Sequence record: MW845759.1
Length of the DNA: 64,000 bases
Reading direction: 5' to 3' (one strand)
Positions 1-9,183 of the stretch are shown here, piece by piece (position 1 is the first letter of the stretch; every line of letters begins with the position of its first letter). A program made the translations under genes and the position numbers. The notes below the pieces were generated by a model. It was not told where the DNA came from. It saw only the letters and a list, made by a program, of their open reading frames with translations, and did not search any database.

Positions 1-1
1 T

Positions 2-88
2 ATCCAATCTATCGTTGCTAACTTCACAGCGACGTACGATACCCGTTTCAATTTATCAACCGCCAACGCAGAGCTTGACGGCTTTTAA
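2..88 (+). CDS. 3' end of a virion structural protein (partial, starts before window)
   Basis: Open frame IQSIVANFTATYDTRFNLSTANAELDGF* ending TAA at 86-88; same ELDGF C-terminus as 2023..3552, 5536..6051 and 6109..6636. Confidence 0.75.
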   Translation: MQSIVANFTATYDTRFNLSTANAELDGF

Positions 89-99
89 AGGATACCGTT

Positions 100-1116
100 A
101 TGGCATTAAAACTTTCATGGGCGAATCCTAACAAGGCCGCCACAGCGATTCGTATTTATCGCAAAGATACCGATTTCGACAGCAGCACTTTGCCTGCGCC
201 GTTGACCTCAATCGGGCCAACAGAAACCACCTACATCGACACTACCGCAGTCGAAGGTAAAACGTATTACTACGTAGTGGGTACGGTTAGCGCTGTCGAT
301 GAAGTCTTTACCGCGAGTCAGCGCATTACCGTCACTGATAACCGCGGCGTTGGGCCGGGTGTGTTGGTGGGCGGTGACAACCTCTTAGGCTACTTCGGTC
401 AAATCCCTACTGAAGACTTTGTTAACAGCAGCGTGCTGTTGGCGGCCGCCGCCAGTGTCACGGGTATCCCTAACGCCCTCCAGACGCCGGCATGGCATAA
501 GTTCATTCGTAACGGGAAAATCCTTTATTTACCTGACCAGGTTATGGGTAGTACGGATTGGCGCTATTTGTATCAGGCTGGGTTCGTGTTCGGTGTCGAT
601 GCTAACGGCCCTCCCGGAGCTGTGCTCACCGGTGTAACCCCCACGAATCAGTTGCGTACGTTTGTCTTTAAAGGAAAAACGTATAAGATTCGGCTACTGC
701 GGGGTTGGGGCGACGGTCCGGAGACAGACATTACTGCTTATAACGGCGGGGCGGGTAACCACGACAATATCGCGAATACTAAGGATAATGAGTTCAACGA
801 TTTGGTGTATGCATTAAACATGTATACGCCGAACAAGCAGCGCACGCCGAACTTCCTTAACTTAGCGTGGGAAAAATGGATGGGTCAGCCGACCACCAAC
901 TGGAGCGATACAGCTAGCCTGAACGCGATGATTGCGGCTTATCGTATCACCTGTCAAGAACGTTGGCCTAATGGTAACGTACTGTCTCGTGGCCAACGCG
1001 AGGTTACTTGGGGACCGACTGCCTCACCACACACTCGTGCGCACGTCTCCAACGCTGCAGCTGCCGCCTACACCCAGTCAATGTACTGGTTGCCAGTTTT
1101 AGAACTTGTTGATTAA
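100..1116 (+). CDS. Putative virion structural/tail-associated protein, paralog type A (N-terminal FN3/Ig-like domain)
   Basis: 338 aa, RBS aagga; LxW...IYR...Y.D....G..YYY.V N-terminal pattern; GYFG motif; C-terminal WLPVLELV; paralog of 3562..4587. Confidence 0.7.
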   Translation: MALKLSWANPNKAATAIRIYRKDTDFDSSTLPAPLTSIGPTETTYIDTTAVEGKTYYYVVGTVSAVDEVFTASQRITVTDNRGVGPGVLVGGDNLLGYFGQIPTEDFVNSSVLLAAAASVTGIPNALQTPAWHKFIRNGKILYLPDQVMGSTDWRYLYQAGFVFGVDANGPPGAVLTGVTPTNQLRTFVFKGKTYKIRLLRGWGDGPETDITAYNGGAGNHDNIANTKDNEFNDLVYALNMYTPNKQRTPNFLNLAWEKWMGQPTTNWSDTASLNAMIAAYRITCQERWPNGNVLSRGQREVTWGPTASPHTRAHVSNAAAAAYTQSMYWLPVLELVD

Positions 1117-1125
1117 GGGATCAAA

Positions 1126-2013
1126 ATGGGCATTAAATTAAATTGGGTAGACCAGTCTGCCCAAAATCTCGACGCGATTGAGATTTACCGCAGTACCTCG
1201 CCTATCGATTCAGATAACCCCGGTAATCCGATTGCGACCCTACCCGGCAATGCAACCGGTTTTGACGATACGACCGTAAAAAATAAAAATGTTTATTATT
1301 ATCGTGTCGTCGCGAAGAAAGGGGTCGACCGCAGCTGGGGGCCGAACCAATTCACGGGCTATTTCGCGGAAACGGGACCGGGTCGTCCTACGCCGCTGCG
1401 TGGCGATTGGAACGCTGCGCTGATGGATCTCATCGCCCCTGCAGATTTTATTACCAACGTGGCGTTGCGTGCGAAGGTGCCGAGCCTAGCCGCGCTACAG
1501 GCGGGGTCAGAACCCACAGTCTGGTTTAAGATGTTTTCGAAGGGTAAAGTTTTCTTTGTACCTAACGCTAACATCGTTACCGCTTCGTGGGCACAACTTT
1601 ATAACGCTGGGCTCGTATATGGGGTCGACGGTGTCGGTGAACGTCCCGCGACGATTGGTGCCGGCGTTGTGAATCAAAAGGTCACCGTGGATATTGGCGG
1701 TCGCCGTTATTTGATTCGCTGCCCGCGACTCTCTCCGTTGCCGGAAACCTCCTTTGCGGCAGCACAGGCGGATACTATCGGTTCGGAATGGCGCACGACG
1801 ATGGGTCGTATGGTGCGAGAAACAGTAGACCCTCAACCGGGTAGCCTGACGCGACTGTACGACAACACGTCATTGCCAAACTTCTTCGGTACGCATTACG
1901 CGTCCGTTGGTAATATCGTTTCTGTAACCGGGACAAAGCCCGAAACCTACGCCACGACCCCCGGTGGGACGAACATGGCCGTGGGACTGGTATTAGAACT
2001 CATCATGCCGTAA
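1126..2013 (+). CDS. Putative virion structural/tail-associated protein, paralog type B
   Basis: 295 aa; closely similar to 4598..5485 (ETGPGRxTPLRGDWNA, LELIMP end). Confidence 0.7.
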   Translation: MGIKLNWVDQSAQNLDAIEIYRSTSPIDSDNPGNPIATLPGNATGFDDTTVKNKNVYYYRVVAKKGVDRSWGPNQFTGYFAETGPGRPTPLRGDWNAALMDLIAPADFITNVALRAKVPSLAALQAGSEPTVWFKMFSKGKVFFVPNANIVTASWAQLYNAGLVYGVDGVGERPATIGAGVVNQKVTVDIGGRRYLIRCPRLSPLPETSFAAAQADTIGSEWRTTMGRMVRETVDPQPGSLTRLYDNTSLPNFFGTHYASVGNIVSVTGTKPETYATTPGGTNMAVGLVLELIMP

Positions 2014-2022
2014 GGAGGCCAT

Positions 2023-3552
2023 ATGGGATTATACACACGTGGTTCGCTGGACTTACTGGGCCAGCTTATCAAACGAGATAACCCCGGCTTCAAAGGCGAA
2101 ATAAATAAGAATACCGTGCTCGTATTAGGCGGTCCTTATACCTCTGGATTAGGCACAAGCGGGCGCAACGCCCGCATAGTGTTGAATGGTAAGACAGGGT
2201 CTGGGGTGGTCGGTAAGAAAGAGTTTTTCTACGACCGCCTCAATATCGCCTCGATGTTCAACGGAATTACTGTTGTCTTCAAAGCCAACGGGCAATCAGC
2301 AACGGTTGCAGACCTTTTACCGGCATTAAACGAGCAGTACGGATTAGGTTTAACCGCAGAAGATATCAGTAACGGCTCTACAAAGCTCGGTACGGGCTAT
2401 TCACCCACGCCGGTGACTCTGACTATCTCTTCGACTTGTGTCGCGTATACAGGCTCTCTGAGCGTCATTTGGACACGTACGCCGGTCGGCGTCTATCCAG
2501 ACTCTGGTCCGGGCAGTAAGACACTGTTGGTTGGTTCTTTACAGGAGGGTTATTTCGGCACAGTAACCGACCTCGAACTGATGTACACCGATGTCCTACT
2601 GTATAAGCTGAATACCCAAGCGAAAACAAACTACGGGGTAAGTACGCAGCCAAGCTCAGGTATCTGGTATAAATTCGCCAAAGATAATAAAGTCTATTAT
2701 CTCGCATCTTCACATGCCAGTGTGATTCGTTGGATGGAGCTGTACAAACTCGGTGCGGTGTATGAGACCAAAACACCTGCGAATAAACAGTCACCGATCG
2801 ACAACGTACAAGTGCCCCAAACGACTCTCGTGAATGTAAACGAGAAAGGTCGCGCGTGGTATCTCTCACCTTGCCTGCCACAGCTTTCCACGACCGACCC
2901 GTGGGATTACTTGCCTGCCAACAAGCAGCCTGACCCTACCGGGGATGTCGCTCGGCTGTTTGCGAAGATTGTGAACAGTGGGACATATGCAACGGGCGAG
3001 TGGGATATTAAGACGCTGACGGGTTCCAGTGTGTGGTTCAGGAATACCGACCTTACGGATAAAACCAAGGGGGTAATCTCCAACCTAAACGGCACGGGAC
3101 AGTCTTTGGCACTTAAGGAGAGTGCACAGCAATGGTGGGTACCGATGCTGGAGCTGGTCGATTTAAATGGCACAGCTGTATCGTTGACTGATATTAACTA
3201 CGCTGTCACCGGCCGACCGCGTGCCCCGCTACTCTCTATTTCACGTGATGTCGACCCGAACCTCCCGGTGCGTTTAACTGATGTTCAGGCAACGTATAAC
3301 CTGTCGATTCGGCGACCGTGGCTTAAACCGCCTACGCTGCTGCCGCTGCTTGCTGTCACGGATGTCGTCCCATCTGCACGGGTTAACCTGCGCAGCTTCG
3401 GCCCGTACCGTGCAACAGCTAACCCACCGAAGACGATTACTGAGGTACGGGCAGTACAGACCTTGCGGCCTATCGCCTTTACCGCACAAACGGTGGTACG
3501 CGACAAAGTTGATCTGTCAACCGCATTTGGCGAGTTAGACGGTTTTAAATAA
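2023..3552 (+). CDS. Putative virion structural protein, mosaic of two local paralog families
   Basis: 509 aa; N-terminus resembles 5536..6051 and 6109..6636; centre has GPGS..L..G....GYFG and W.PMLELVD of types A/B; ends DLSTAFGELDGFK. Confidence 0.7.
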   Translation: MGLYTRGSLDLLGQLIKRDNPGFKGEINKNTVLVLGGPYTSGLGTSGRNARIVLNGKTGSGVVGKKEFFYDRLNIASMFNGITVVFKANGQSATVADLLPALNEQYGLGLTAEDISNGSTKLGTGYSPTPVTLTISSTCVAYTGSLSVIWTRTPVGVYPDSGPGSKTLLVGSLQEGYFGTVTDLELMYTDVLLYKLNTQAKTNYGVSTQPSSGIWYKFAKDNKVYYLASSHASVIRWMELYKLGAVYETKTPANKQSPIDNVQVPQTTLVNVNEKGRAWYLSPCLPQLSTTDPWDYLPANKQPDPTGDVARLFAKIVNSGTYATGEWDIKTLTGSSVWFRNTDLTDKTKGVISNLNGTGQSLALKESAQQWWVPMLELVDLNGTAVSLTDINYAVTGRPRAPLLSISRDVDPNLPVRLTDVQATYNLSIRRPWLKPPTLLPLLAVTDVVPSARVNLRSFGPYRATANPPKTITEVRAVQTLRPIAFTAQTVVRDKVDLSTAFGELDGFK

Positions 3553-3561
3553 GGAAGCATT

Positions 3562-4587
3562 ATGGCTCTTAAATTGAAGTGGAAGAACAACAACGTTGTT
3601 GCTAACACAGTAAAAATTTATCGCGGGGATGCGAAGCTCGACCCGGCGAATTTACCGGCCCCGCTGGTAACCTTGACCAACGGGGAAACCAGTTGGGTAG
3701 ATGATACCGCCGTTTACGGTAAGAAATATTTCTACATTCTTGCCGTCGTTACCGAGAATGATGTTATCCCAACAGCCAACCAAGAAATTTTGGTGGCAGA
3801 CAACCGCGGGGTAGGCCCATCAACACTGCTGTACGGCGACGACAACCTCGGTTATTTCGGGCAGGTGCTACCGTCTGACTTTGTGACTAACCTCGATGTG
3901 GTGGCCGCCGCGGTGCCGGGTCAGAATTTGCCGAGCACCTTAATCCAGACACCGTGGTACAAGTTTGTGCGTAAAGGTCGCGTGATTTACGTACCCTCTG
4001 CATCATTCGGTCAAGTCACCTATAATCAGCTCTACGCCGCAGGTTTGGTTTACGGTGTGAACAGCAACGGCCCTGCGGAAGCAAACTTGGGCGGATTAAC
4101 ACCAGTGAATCAGTATCGGCCGATTGAGTTTAAAAGTCAGAAATACATCCCCCGCCTGATGCGTGGCTGGAGCGATAAGCCGCAAAACAGCTTTGACGGT
4201 TGGGATTTCGCTACTGAGTTTCTGCCTGATAGCACAGCGTATGCGAAAGTTAATGAGTTCAATGACTTTATGTTTGGTGTAGTTAACTTTGTGCCGGAAG
4301 TTCAGCGTTCAGAAACCTTCGTTGAAGGTAACATGGATGCGTTTGTCGGTGCAGCAGGCCGAAGCTACGGGGCGAGTAACGAACACATCATTGGCCGCAT
4401 ACTCTGTCAGGAGCGTAATACTGCCAACGTTAACGTATTGGCACGTATGCGTCGAAACTTCGGCTACGGTAGCGGCGGGGCAGCGCACGATAAATCGTTC
4501 TTGCAGGCGGGCAACGCGCAAAGCCCGGTGCAGGGTACCCAGTGGGTACCAGTATTAGAGCTCGAAATGCAGACTGTTACTTTATAA
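3562..4587 (+). CDS. Putative virion structural/tail-associated protein, paralog type A
   Basis: 341 aa; MALKLKW, DNRGVGP, GDDNLGYFGQ shared with 100..1116. Confidence 0.7.
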   Translation: MALKLKWKNNNVVANTVKIYRGDAKLDPANLPAPLVTLTNGETSWVDDTAVYGKKYFYILAVVTENDVIPTANQEILVADNRGVGPSTLLYGDDNLGYFGQVLPSDFVTNLDVVAAAVPGQNLPSTLIQTPWYKFVRKGRVIYVPSASFGQVTYNQLYAAGLVYGVNSNGPAEANLGGLTPVNQYRPIEFKSQKYIPRLMRGWSDKPQNSFDGWDFATEFLPDSTAYAKVNEFNDFMFGVVNFVPEVQRSETFVEGNMDAFVGAAGRSYGASNEHIIGRILCQERNTANVNVLARMRRNFGYGSGGAAHDKSFLQAGNAQSPVQGTQWVPVLELEMQTVTL

Positions 4588-4597
4588 GAGGTGATTC

Positions 4598-5485
4598 ATG
4601 GGCGTTAAATTAAACTGGGACGATCAGAGCGACCAGAACCTCGATCGTATCGAGGTTTACCGCAGTGCCAGCAAATCAGACTTGCAAGACAGTAAGAACT
4701 TACTGACTTCATTACCGGGCACGGCTACCTCTTACGAAGACATGACTGTCAAAAGTAAGAATTTGTATTACTACCGAATTGCAGCTGTCAAAGGTACAGA
4801 GTATGCATGGGGTGAACCACAGCTTACCGGGTATTTCTCTGAAACTGGTCCAGGGCGTGCAACCCCCTTACGTGGGGACTGGAATGCTGGGTTAATGGAT
4901 CGTATACCGATTGCTAACTTCATCAGCGGGCCTGACTTACGTCTTAAGGCTCCGGAGTTGGCCGCAATGGGTGGGAACCAAAACCCGAACAACTGGTACA
5001 AGATGGCGTATAAGGGTAAGGTGCTGTATGTACCTGACTCGAACATTGTGGCTGCCAACTGGAATGAGCTTTACAATGCGGGGATGTTGTTTGGTGAAGA
5101 CGGCGTCGGTCAACTACCAACCGGTGCAGCAGGTACGAAGAACCAGCGCTACGTGATTAACATTAACGGTCTGGAATACATTCTGCGTGCCCCGCGTCTG
5201 TCAGCGTTACCGACTACTGACTACATTACCACCACCGCTCAACTTGTAGGTAGTGAATGGAAAGATTGCCTGAGTCGTTTAATTATCTCATCAGTCAACA
5301 ATGACGCAACTGCCCGTACACGCTTGTACGACCAAGCATCCTCGTGGGGTTCTCTCGGCCCGCATCGTGCCAATGCCACAGCTGCTGCCTACGTAGCGGG
5401 CACCAACAGCGAGATTATCGGGGCGCCGCAGCCAATCACCACCCGTCAGTGGTTACCGATGGTTCTTGAACTGATAATGCCGTAA
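4598..5485 (+). CDS. Putative virion structural/tail-associated protein, paralog type B
   Basis: 295 aa; paralog of 1126..2013. Confidence 0.7.
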   Translation: MGVKLNWDDQSDQNLDRIEVYRSASKSDLQDSKNLLTSLPGTATSYEDMTVKSKNLYYYRIAAVKGTEYAWGEPQLTGYFSETGPGRATPLRGDWNAGLMDRIPIANFISGPDLRLKAPELAAMGGNQNPNNWYKMAYKGKVLYVPDSNIVAANWNELYNAGMLFGEDGVGQLPTGAAGTKNQRYVININGLEYILRAPRLSALPTTDYITTTAQLVGSEWKDCLSRLIISSVNNDATARTRLYDQASSWGSLGPHRANATAAAYVAGTNSEIIGAPQPITTRQWLPMVLELIMP

Positions 5486-5496
5486 AAATAAGAGTT

Positions 5497-5537
5497 ACTA
5501 CTCTCCCGAAAGGGAGAGTAGTTTCTTTTCTTTTTTT
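5497..5537. terminator. Intrinsic terminator between convergent genes
   Basis: Stem actactctccc-gaaa-gggagagtagt followed by T-rich tract; A-rich upstream. Confidence 0.85.
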
Positions 5538-6051
5538 AGACGAAGCCATCCAGCTCAGCGTTCTTCCACGCCAGTACATCCTTACCAGTATAGACACGGA
5601 ACACGTAGCTACCCTGCCACTTTAAATGGTTCGGGCTAAAAGTCAATTTGATATCACGGTACTCGTCCTGATTCTCATCGACTGCCAATTCAGTACGGAC
5701 GATAGTGACTTCAGACATCAAGACCGGATGGTTAGGGAGCGACGCGTTCATTACCGACAACACCATGTCGTCACTATCCCAGTTGTACTGAGCATCGTTA
5801 ATGATACTGCTGGGTTCGTCTTCCCCGTTCGGGTGGGTAAAATTAAACCGGAAGAAGTGGTATTCTTTACTGCCTGTAAAATTCGGACTGTCTGCTTTAG
5901 CGGTGATCACTAACGCGGTGTTTCGCGTGTCGCCGTCACCAGTGGGTGCGTAATTCGTGGGGTTACCAAACTCAACATCGGATAAAGCTAAACCCAAGTT
6001 CGGGTTTTTGGCATTAATCATGCCAATGAACTCTTCCTGCAATGTAGCCAT
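5536..6051 (-). CDS. Putative virion structural protein (ELDGF-tail family)
   Basis: 171 aa, RBS ggagg; paralog of 6109..6636; ends KNAELDGFV. Confidence 0.7.
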   Translation of the reverse strand: MATLQEEFIGMINAKNPNLGLALSDVEFGNPTNYAPTGDGDTRNTALVITAKADSPNFTGSKEYHFFRFNFTHPNGEDEPSSIINDAQYNWDSDDMVLSVMNASLPNHPVLMSEVTIVRTELAVDENQDEYRDIKLTFSPNHLKWQGSYVFRVYTGKDVLAWKNAELDGFV

Positions 6052-6064
6052 TTCGTACCTCCAA

Positions 6065-6094
6065 AGAAAAAATAAAGAGGGGCCAAAGCCCCTC
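6065..6094 (-). terminator. Intrinsic terminator
   Basis: gaggggc-caaa-gcccctc with A-run on its left (U-tract on minus strand). Confidence 0.7.
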
Positions 6095-6108
6095 CAGATT
6101 ATTTACCT

Positions 6109-6636
6109 TTACGCGGTAAAGCCGTCCAGTTCACCGTCAGTGGTGCTCAGGTCGGTTTTCACGATCTCTTCAGTTACCGTGTAGGTCGCAATCTGACCTT
6201 CGTGGTACTTGATGTGGCCAGCGTTGATAGACACACTGATAATCAGCGGGTCTTCTTCGGTACCAGCACCGTCACGGGTGATGGACAGCTCAGCCAGTGT
6301 GAACGCGTCTTCCGCGCGGCCCGCTGCAATCACGTCAGCATTCAGGACAGCCAATACTTCTGCATCGGTATCCCAGTCAGCCAGATCCGCGGTTACCGCT
6401 TTCGGACCAACTACACCTGCAGACAGACGGATGTAGTGCAGTTCGACATTACTGGTGAAGTGCTCACTCTCTGCTTTTGCAGTGATAGTGATTTTGGAGT
6501 CACGACCGCCAGTACCACCGTCTAGTGCAGAAGCGGCGCTGAAGTCAACATCGGCCACAGACAACGCCTGCGCCAGACCCGGGTTTTTGGTGTTAAACAA
6601 CTCTACCAGCTGCTGCTGGAAACTCTTAATAGCCAT
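6109..6636 (-). CDS. Putative virion structural protein (ELDGF-tail family)
   Basis: Start moved to MAIKSF at 6636 (RBS gaggg); ends DLSTTDGELDGFTA. Confidence 0.7.
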   Translation of the reverse strand: MAIKSFQQQLVELFNTKNPGLAQALSVADVDFSAASALDGGTGGRDSKITITAKAESEHFTSNVELHYIRLSAGVVGPKAVTADLADWDTDAEVLAVLNADVIAAGRAEDAFTLAELSITRDGAGTEEDPLIISVSINAGHIKYHEGQIATYTVTEEIVKTDLSTTDGELDGFTA

Positions 6637-6682
6637 GTTGCAATTCCCTCTGTTAACAGTTGAGGTGACGGGTGTCGTCATA

Positions 6683-6722
6683 AGAAAAAGGCTAAACCGC
6701 TATCCCGGTGAAAGGATAGCGG
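6683..6722 (-). terminator. Intrinsic terminator
   Basis: ccgctatcc...ggatagcgg stem with aagaaaaag on its left. Confidence 0.65.
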
Positions 6723-6727
6723 CCGTA

Positions 6728-7252
6728 TTACAGGTTCGGAACGATTTTATTCCATTCGATAGGTTGCTGTTTAATCACCGTTACCACCCCACGCGTTGGC
6801 GACCATACGGTTAAGTCCGGTTGGTTACGCACGTCGAAATGGAACCAGCTAATATCGGTTTCGAGGAAGTGAATGAACGGGAACTCATTCGGGTTCTGCT
6901 GAATGTAGGCACGCACAGCCTGCGGCGTATAACTGACGAACGTCAAGTCCATCGCCCCGCCGTATTTGTGCATGCTGTCAGACGCCGCATAAAGCTCGTG
7001 AGCGCGTTCTTTATAATTGCCACCCTTTGGTTGCTCTTGATTAATAAAGAACTGTAGCGTGCGTACAGAGCGCTGTGTCATGCCTTTCGCTGGTGAGTTG
7101 ACAATGATAGCACCGAATTTGTTACGCAGCTGCTGTAACGTGAGCATCACCAACGGGTTAATGATGTACGCCGCGTTCTTCCCCCGGCGTTTGATGATAT
7201 CCGGCGGCATTAACTCTTCGAGTTTAAACTGGTTGGGGTTGGGCTGAAACAT
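6728..7252 (-). CDS. Peptidase M15-family Zn metallopeptidase (possible peptidoglycan hydrolase)
   Basis: SMHKYGGAMD (H-x6-D) and WFHFD motifs typical of LAS/M15 peptidases. Confidence 0.75.
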   Translation of the reverse strand: MFQPNPNQFKLEELMPPDIIKRRGKNAAYIINPLVMLTLQQLRNKFGAIIVNSPAKGMTQRSVRTLQFFINQEQPKGGNYKERAHELYAASDSMHKYGGAMDLTFVSYTPQAVRAYIQQNPNEFPFIHFLETDISWFHFDVRNQPDLTVWSPTRGVVTVIKQQPIEWNKIVPNL

Positions 7253-7916
7253 TTGACTCTCCTGCGGTAGGGATAGGGTAGGTCAGAAATGCGCGTTTCA
7301 CGTTTAAGTAATGTACGTGCGCCTGCTGATGGGTTCGCACCATGGTCATGTCCTGCGGCGGAATACCCACCGATGGAAACTCACGGACGAACTCATAGTT
7401 GGCGTTCATGTTAAACGTGTATGCGTTCGGTTTAAAGTAAATGCATCCTTTGTTGTTGTCGATAAACGACGTCAAGCCAAAATGCTTCACTGCCAAATAA
7501 AAGGACTGACGTGTAACCCAATTTACCCCGAGCGCTTTCATGGCGTACAGGAACATGCGGTCCGCGAAGTTCTTGTCGATAAAGGCGTTCAGTTTTCCCA
7601 CCCCGTCGGAGGGGTAGTTGCCGATAATCGGAATCTTCTGGTAAAGCAGGTCGTGCAATGCGGCCGCGGGGCCGTAGTCACCTTCCGGTTTAAACAAAAA
7701 CTGGAGCTGTGTGGGTATTGATGCTAAATCGGTTACAAACCCTTTCGGGGCAACCAAATATAAAGGCATATCGGCTTTTAACCCGGTTTCCTTTAAAATG
7801 ACCTCGAGACGTGTCGGGTCGTCCTCAAACAGACCAGCTAAAGTAAAACCGAAGGTGTAGTCTTTCGTTAAGATAAACCACTGCTTATCAAAACGGCAAT
7901 ACTCGAACTTATCCAT
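7224..7916 (-). CDS. DUF1353-domain protein
   Basis: GFVTDLASIP, AAALHDLLY and ADRMFLYAM motifs characteristic of DUF1353. Confidence 0.8.
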   Translation of the reverse strand: MDKFEYCRFDKQWFILTKDYTFGFTLAGLFEDDPTRLEVILKETGLKADMPLYLVAPKGFVTDLASIPTQLQFLFKPEGDYGPAAALHDLLYQKIPIIGNYPSDGVGKLNAFIDKNFADRMFLYAMKALGVNWVTRQSFYLAVKHFGLTSFIDNNKGCIYFKPNAYTFNMNANYEFVREFPSVGIPPQDMTMVRTHQQAHVHYLNVKRAFLTYPIPTAGESNVSAQPQPV

Positions 7917-7946
7917 CTTGTTATCCTTCGTTTTACGTGGGGGTCA

Positions 7947-7982
7947 TAAAAAAAGAACAAAAGTGTGCCCCGAAGGGCACAC
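7947..7982 (-). terminator. Intrinsic terminator closing the radical SAM/Cys-repeat cluster
   Basis: gtgtgccc-cgaa-gggcacac (UUCG loop on minus strand) with A-run on its left, directly after the stop at 7985. Confidence 0.85.
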
Positions 7983-7984
7983 GC

Positions 7985-8641
7985 TTACAGCTCAGCGACA
8001 AACTTCTCTTTCAAACCTTTGAGCGTCGTGTAATCACTCTTCTCAGCGGCTGTCCGAGCAGTCTGTTTAAAGTCGGTCATCTTTTCATGCAGCCCATTGG
8101 TACGCGCAACAATGGCTTCGTTCAACGCTTTCAAATCATCCAGCGTGAATTCGAATTTCGCATTATTGGTATCGACCCAGTAACCCGGGTCTTGCTCTGT
8201 CGAAAGGTAACGACTGATCGCCGCTAACGCTTTCTCATCGGTTTGATAAACCCGACCGTTCAGTTCGAGTGGGGCGACCACTGCTTCACTGTACGCTTGG
8301 TTTACCCACGCAATGAGTTCGGTCAGTAACGCGACACACTTCCCGTGCGTCGAGATGCGCTCCGCCTGACGCTGGGCCAAATCAATCCCCAGCACATCAC
8401 TGATAAAGGTGTGTGCGGACTTAAGCGTGAACTTAATCTCCAGCGGAGACAAGCCCTGCGCTTTCAGTTGGGAAGACAGCTCTTCGTCTTTCATCCCGTC
8501 CAGCAAACGGTAATGTGCCAGACGAGACAGAGACGGGTTCCAACGCGAGTCACTTAAATGTCCATCCACGAACTGGCCGTGACGGTCAATCAGTTTCCCG
8601 CTGTTGAGAAAGCGATCTTTTATTTGGTCATTACTAAGCAT
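7985..8641 (-). CDS. DUF4376-like protein (tail-fibre-associated/chaperone candidate)
   Basis: C-terminal NGRVYQTDEKA...YWVDTNNAKFEFTLDDLKAL..AI pattern resembles DUF4376, which is often found beside tail fibre genes. Confidence 0.6.
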   Translation of the reverse strand: MLSNDQIKDRFLNSGKLIDRHGQFVDGHLSDSRWNPSLSRLAHYRLLDGMKDEELSSQLKAQGLSPLEIKFTLKSAHTFISDVLGIDLAQRQAERISTHGKCVALLTELIAWVNQAYSEAVVAPLELNGRVYQTDEKALAAISRYLSTEQDPGYWVDTNNAKFEFTLDDLKALNEAIVARTNGLHEKMTDFKQTARTAAEKSDYTTLKGLKEKFVAEL

Positions 8642-9183
8642 TCAGTTTTCCCCAGGATGCCGACGTCTTTCAGCAGACCGTAGTCGAGGAACGAGTAGTC
8701 CTTCGCCAAGTCATACTGCCAAACGAGGTTAGACACGCGCGATTCCACCGGCGTTTCTTCAGCAGTGTTGAACACCCCGATATGATCCCACAGCTCAAAG
8801 TAGTTGCACTGGTCTTTGTTGTCGCGCACCACTTTGATTTTGTTGTTCGGGAACGATTGCGCCAAGGCAATCAGCGAGTCAACCTGCTTGTTACGTTTCG
8901 CACGGAACAGCACAGTCAACTTGCTCGGCGGGGTATCCAGCATACGCTGCTCTAAGCCGGCGTTACGCAGTTCAGCGTTCGCCAGTGAGTTATGGCCGTT
9001 CTCCACACAGTCCAGCTCAATGTGCACGTTCAACGAGTGACGTACAACCAGCTTTTTCACTGTGTCGGTGTAGTGCTCTGCTTTACACAGGATGCTTACA
9101 TCGAACAGCTTATGCTTCGTCAGAAAGGCATCCAGCAGCGTGGTATCAAGCCGAGTAAAATTGTGAATCATCAATGACTGCAT
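8620..9183 (-). CDS. Hypothetical accessory protein of the radical SAM cluster
   Basis: Likely start MQSLMIHNF at 9183 (or 9171); overlaps both neighbours, suggesting translational coupling. Confidence 0.7.
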   Translation of the reverse strand: MQSLMIHNFTRLDTTLLDAFLTKHKLFDVSILCKAEHYTDTVKKLVVRHSLNVHIELDCVENGHNSLANAELRNAGLEQRMLDTPPSKLTVLFRAKRNKQVDSLIALAQSFPNNKIKVVRDNKDQCNYFELWDHIGVFNTAEETPVESRVSNLVWQYDLAKDYSFLDYGLLKDVGILGKTECLVMTK

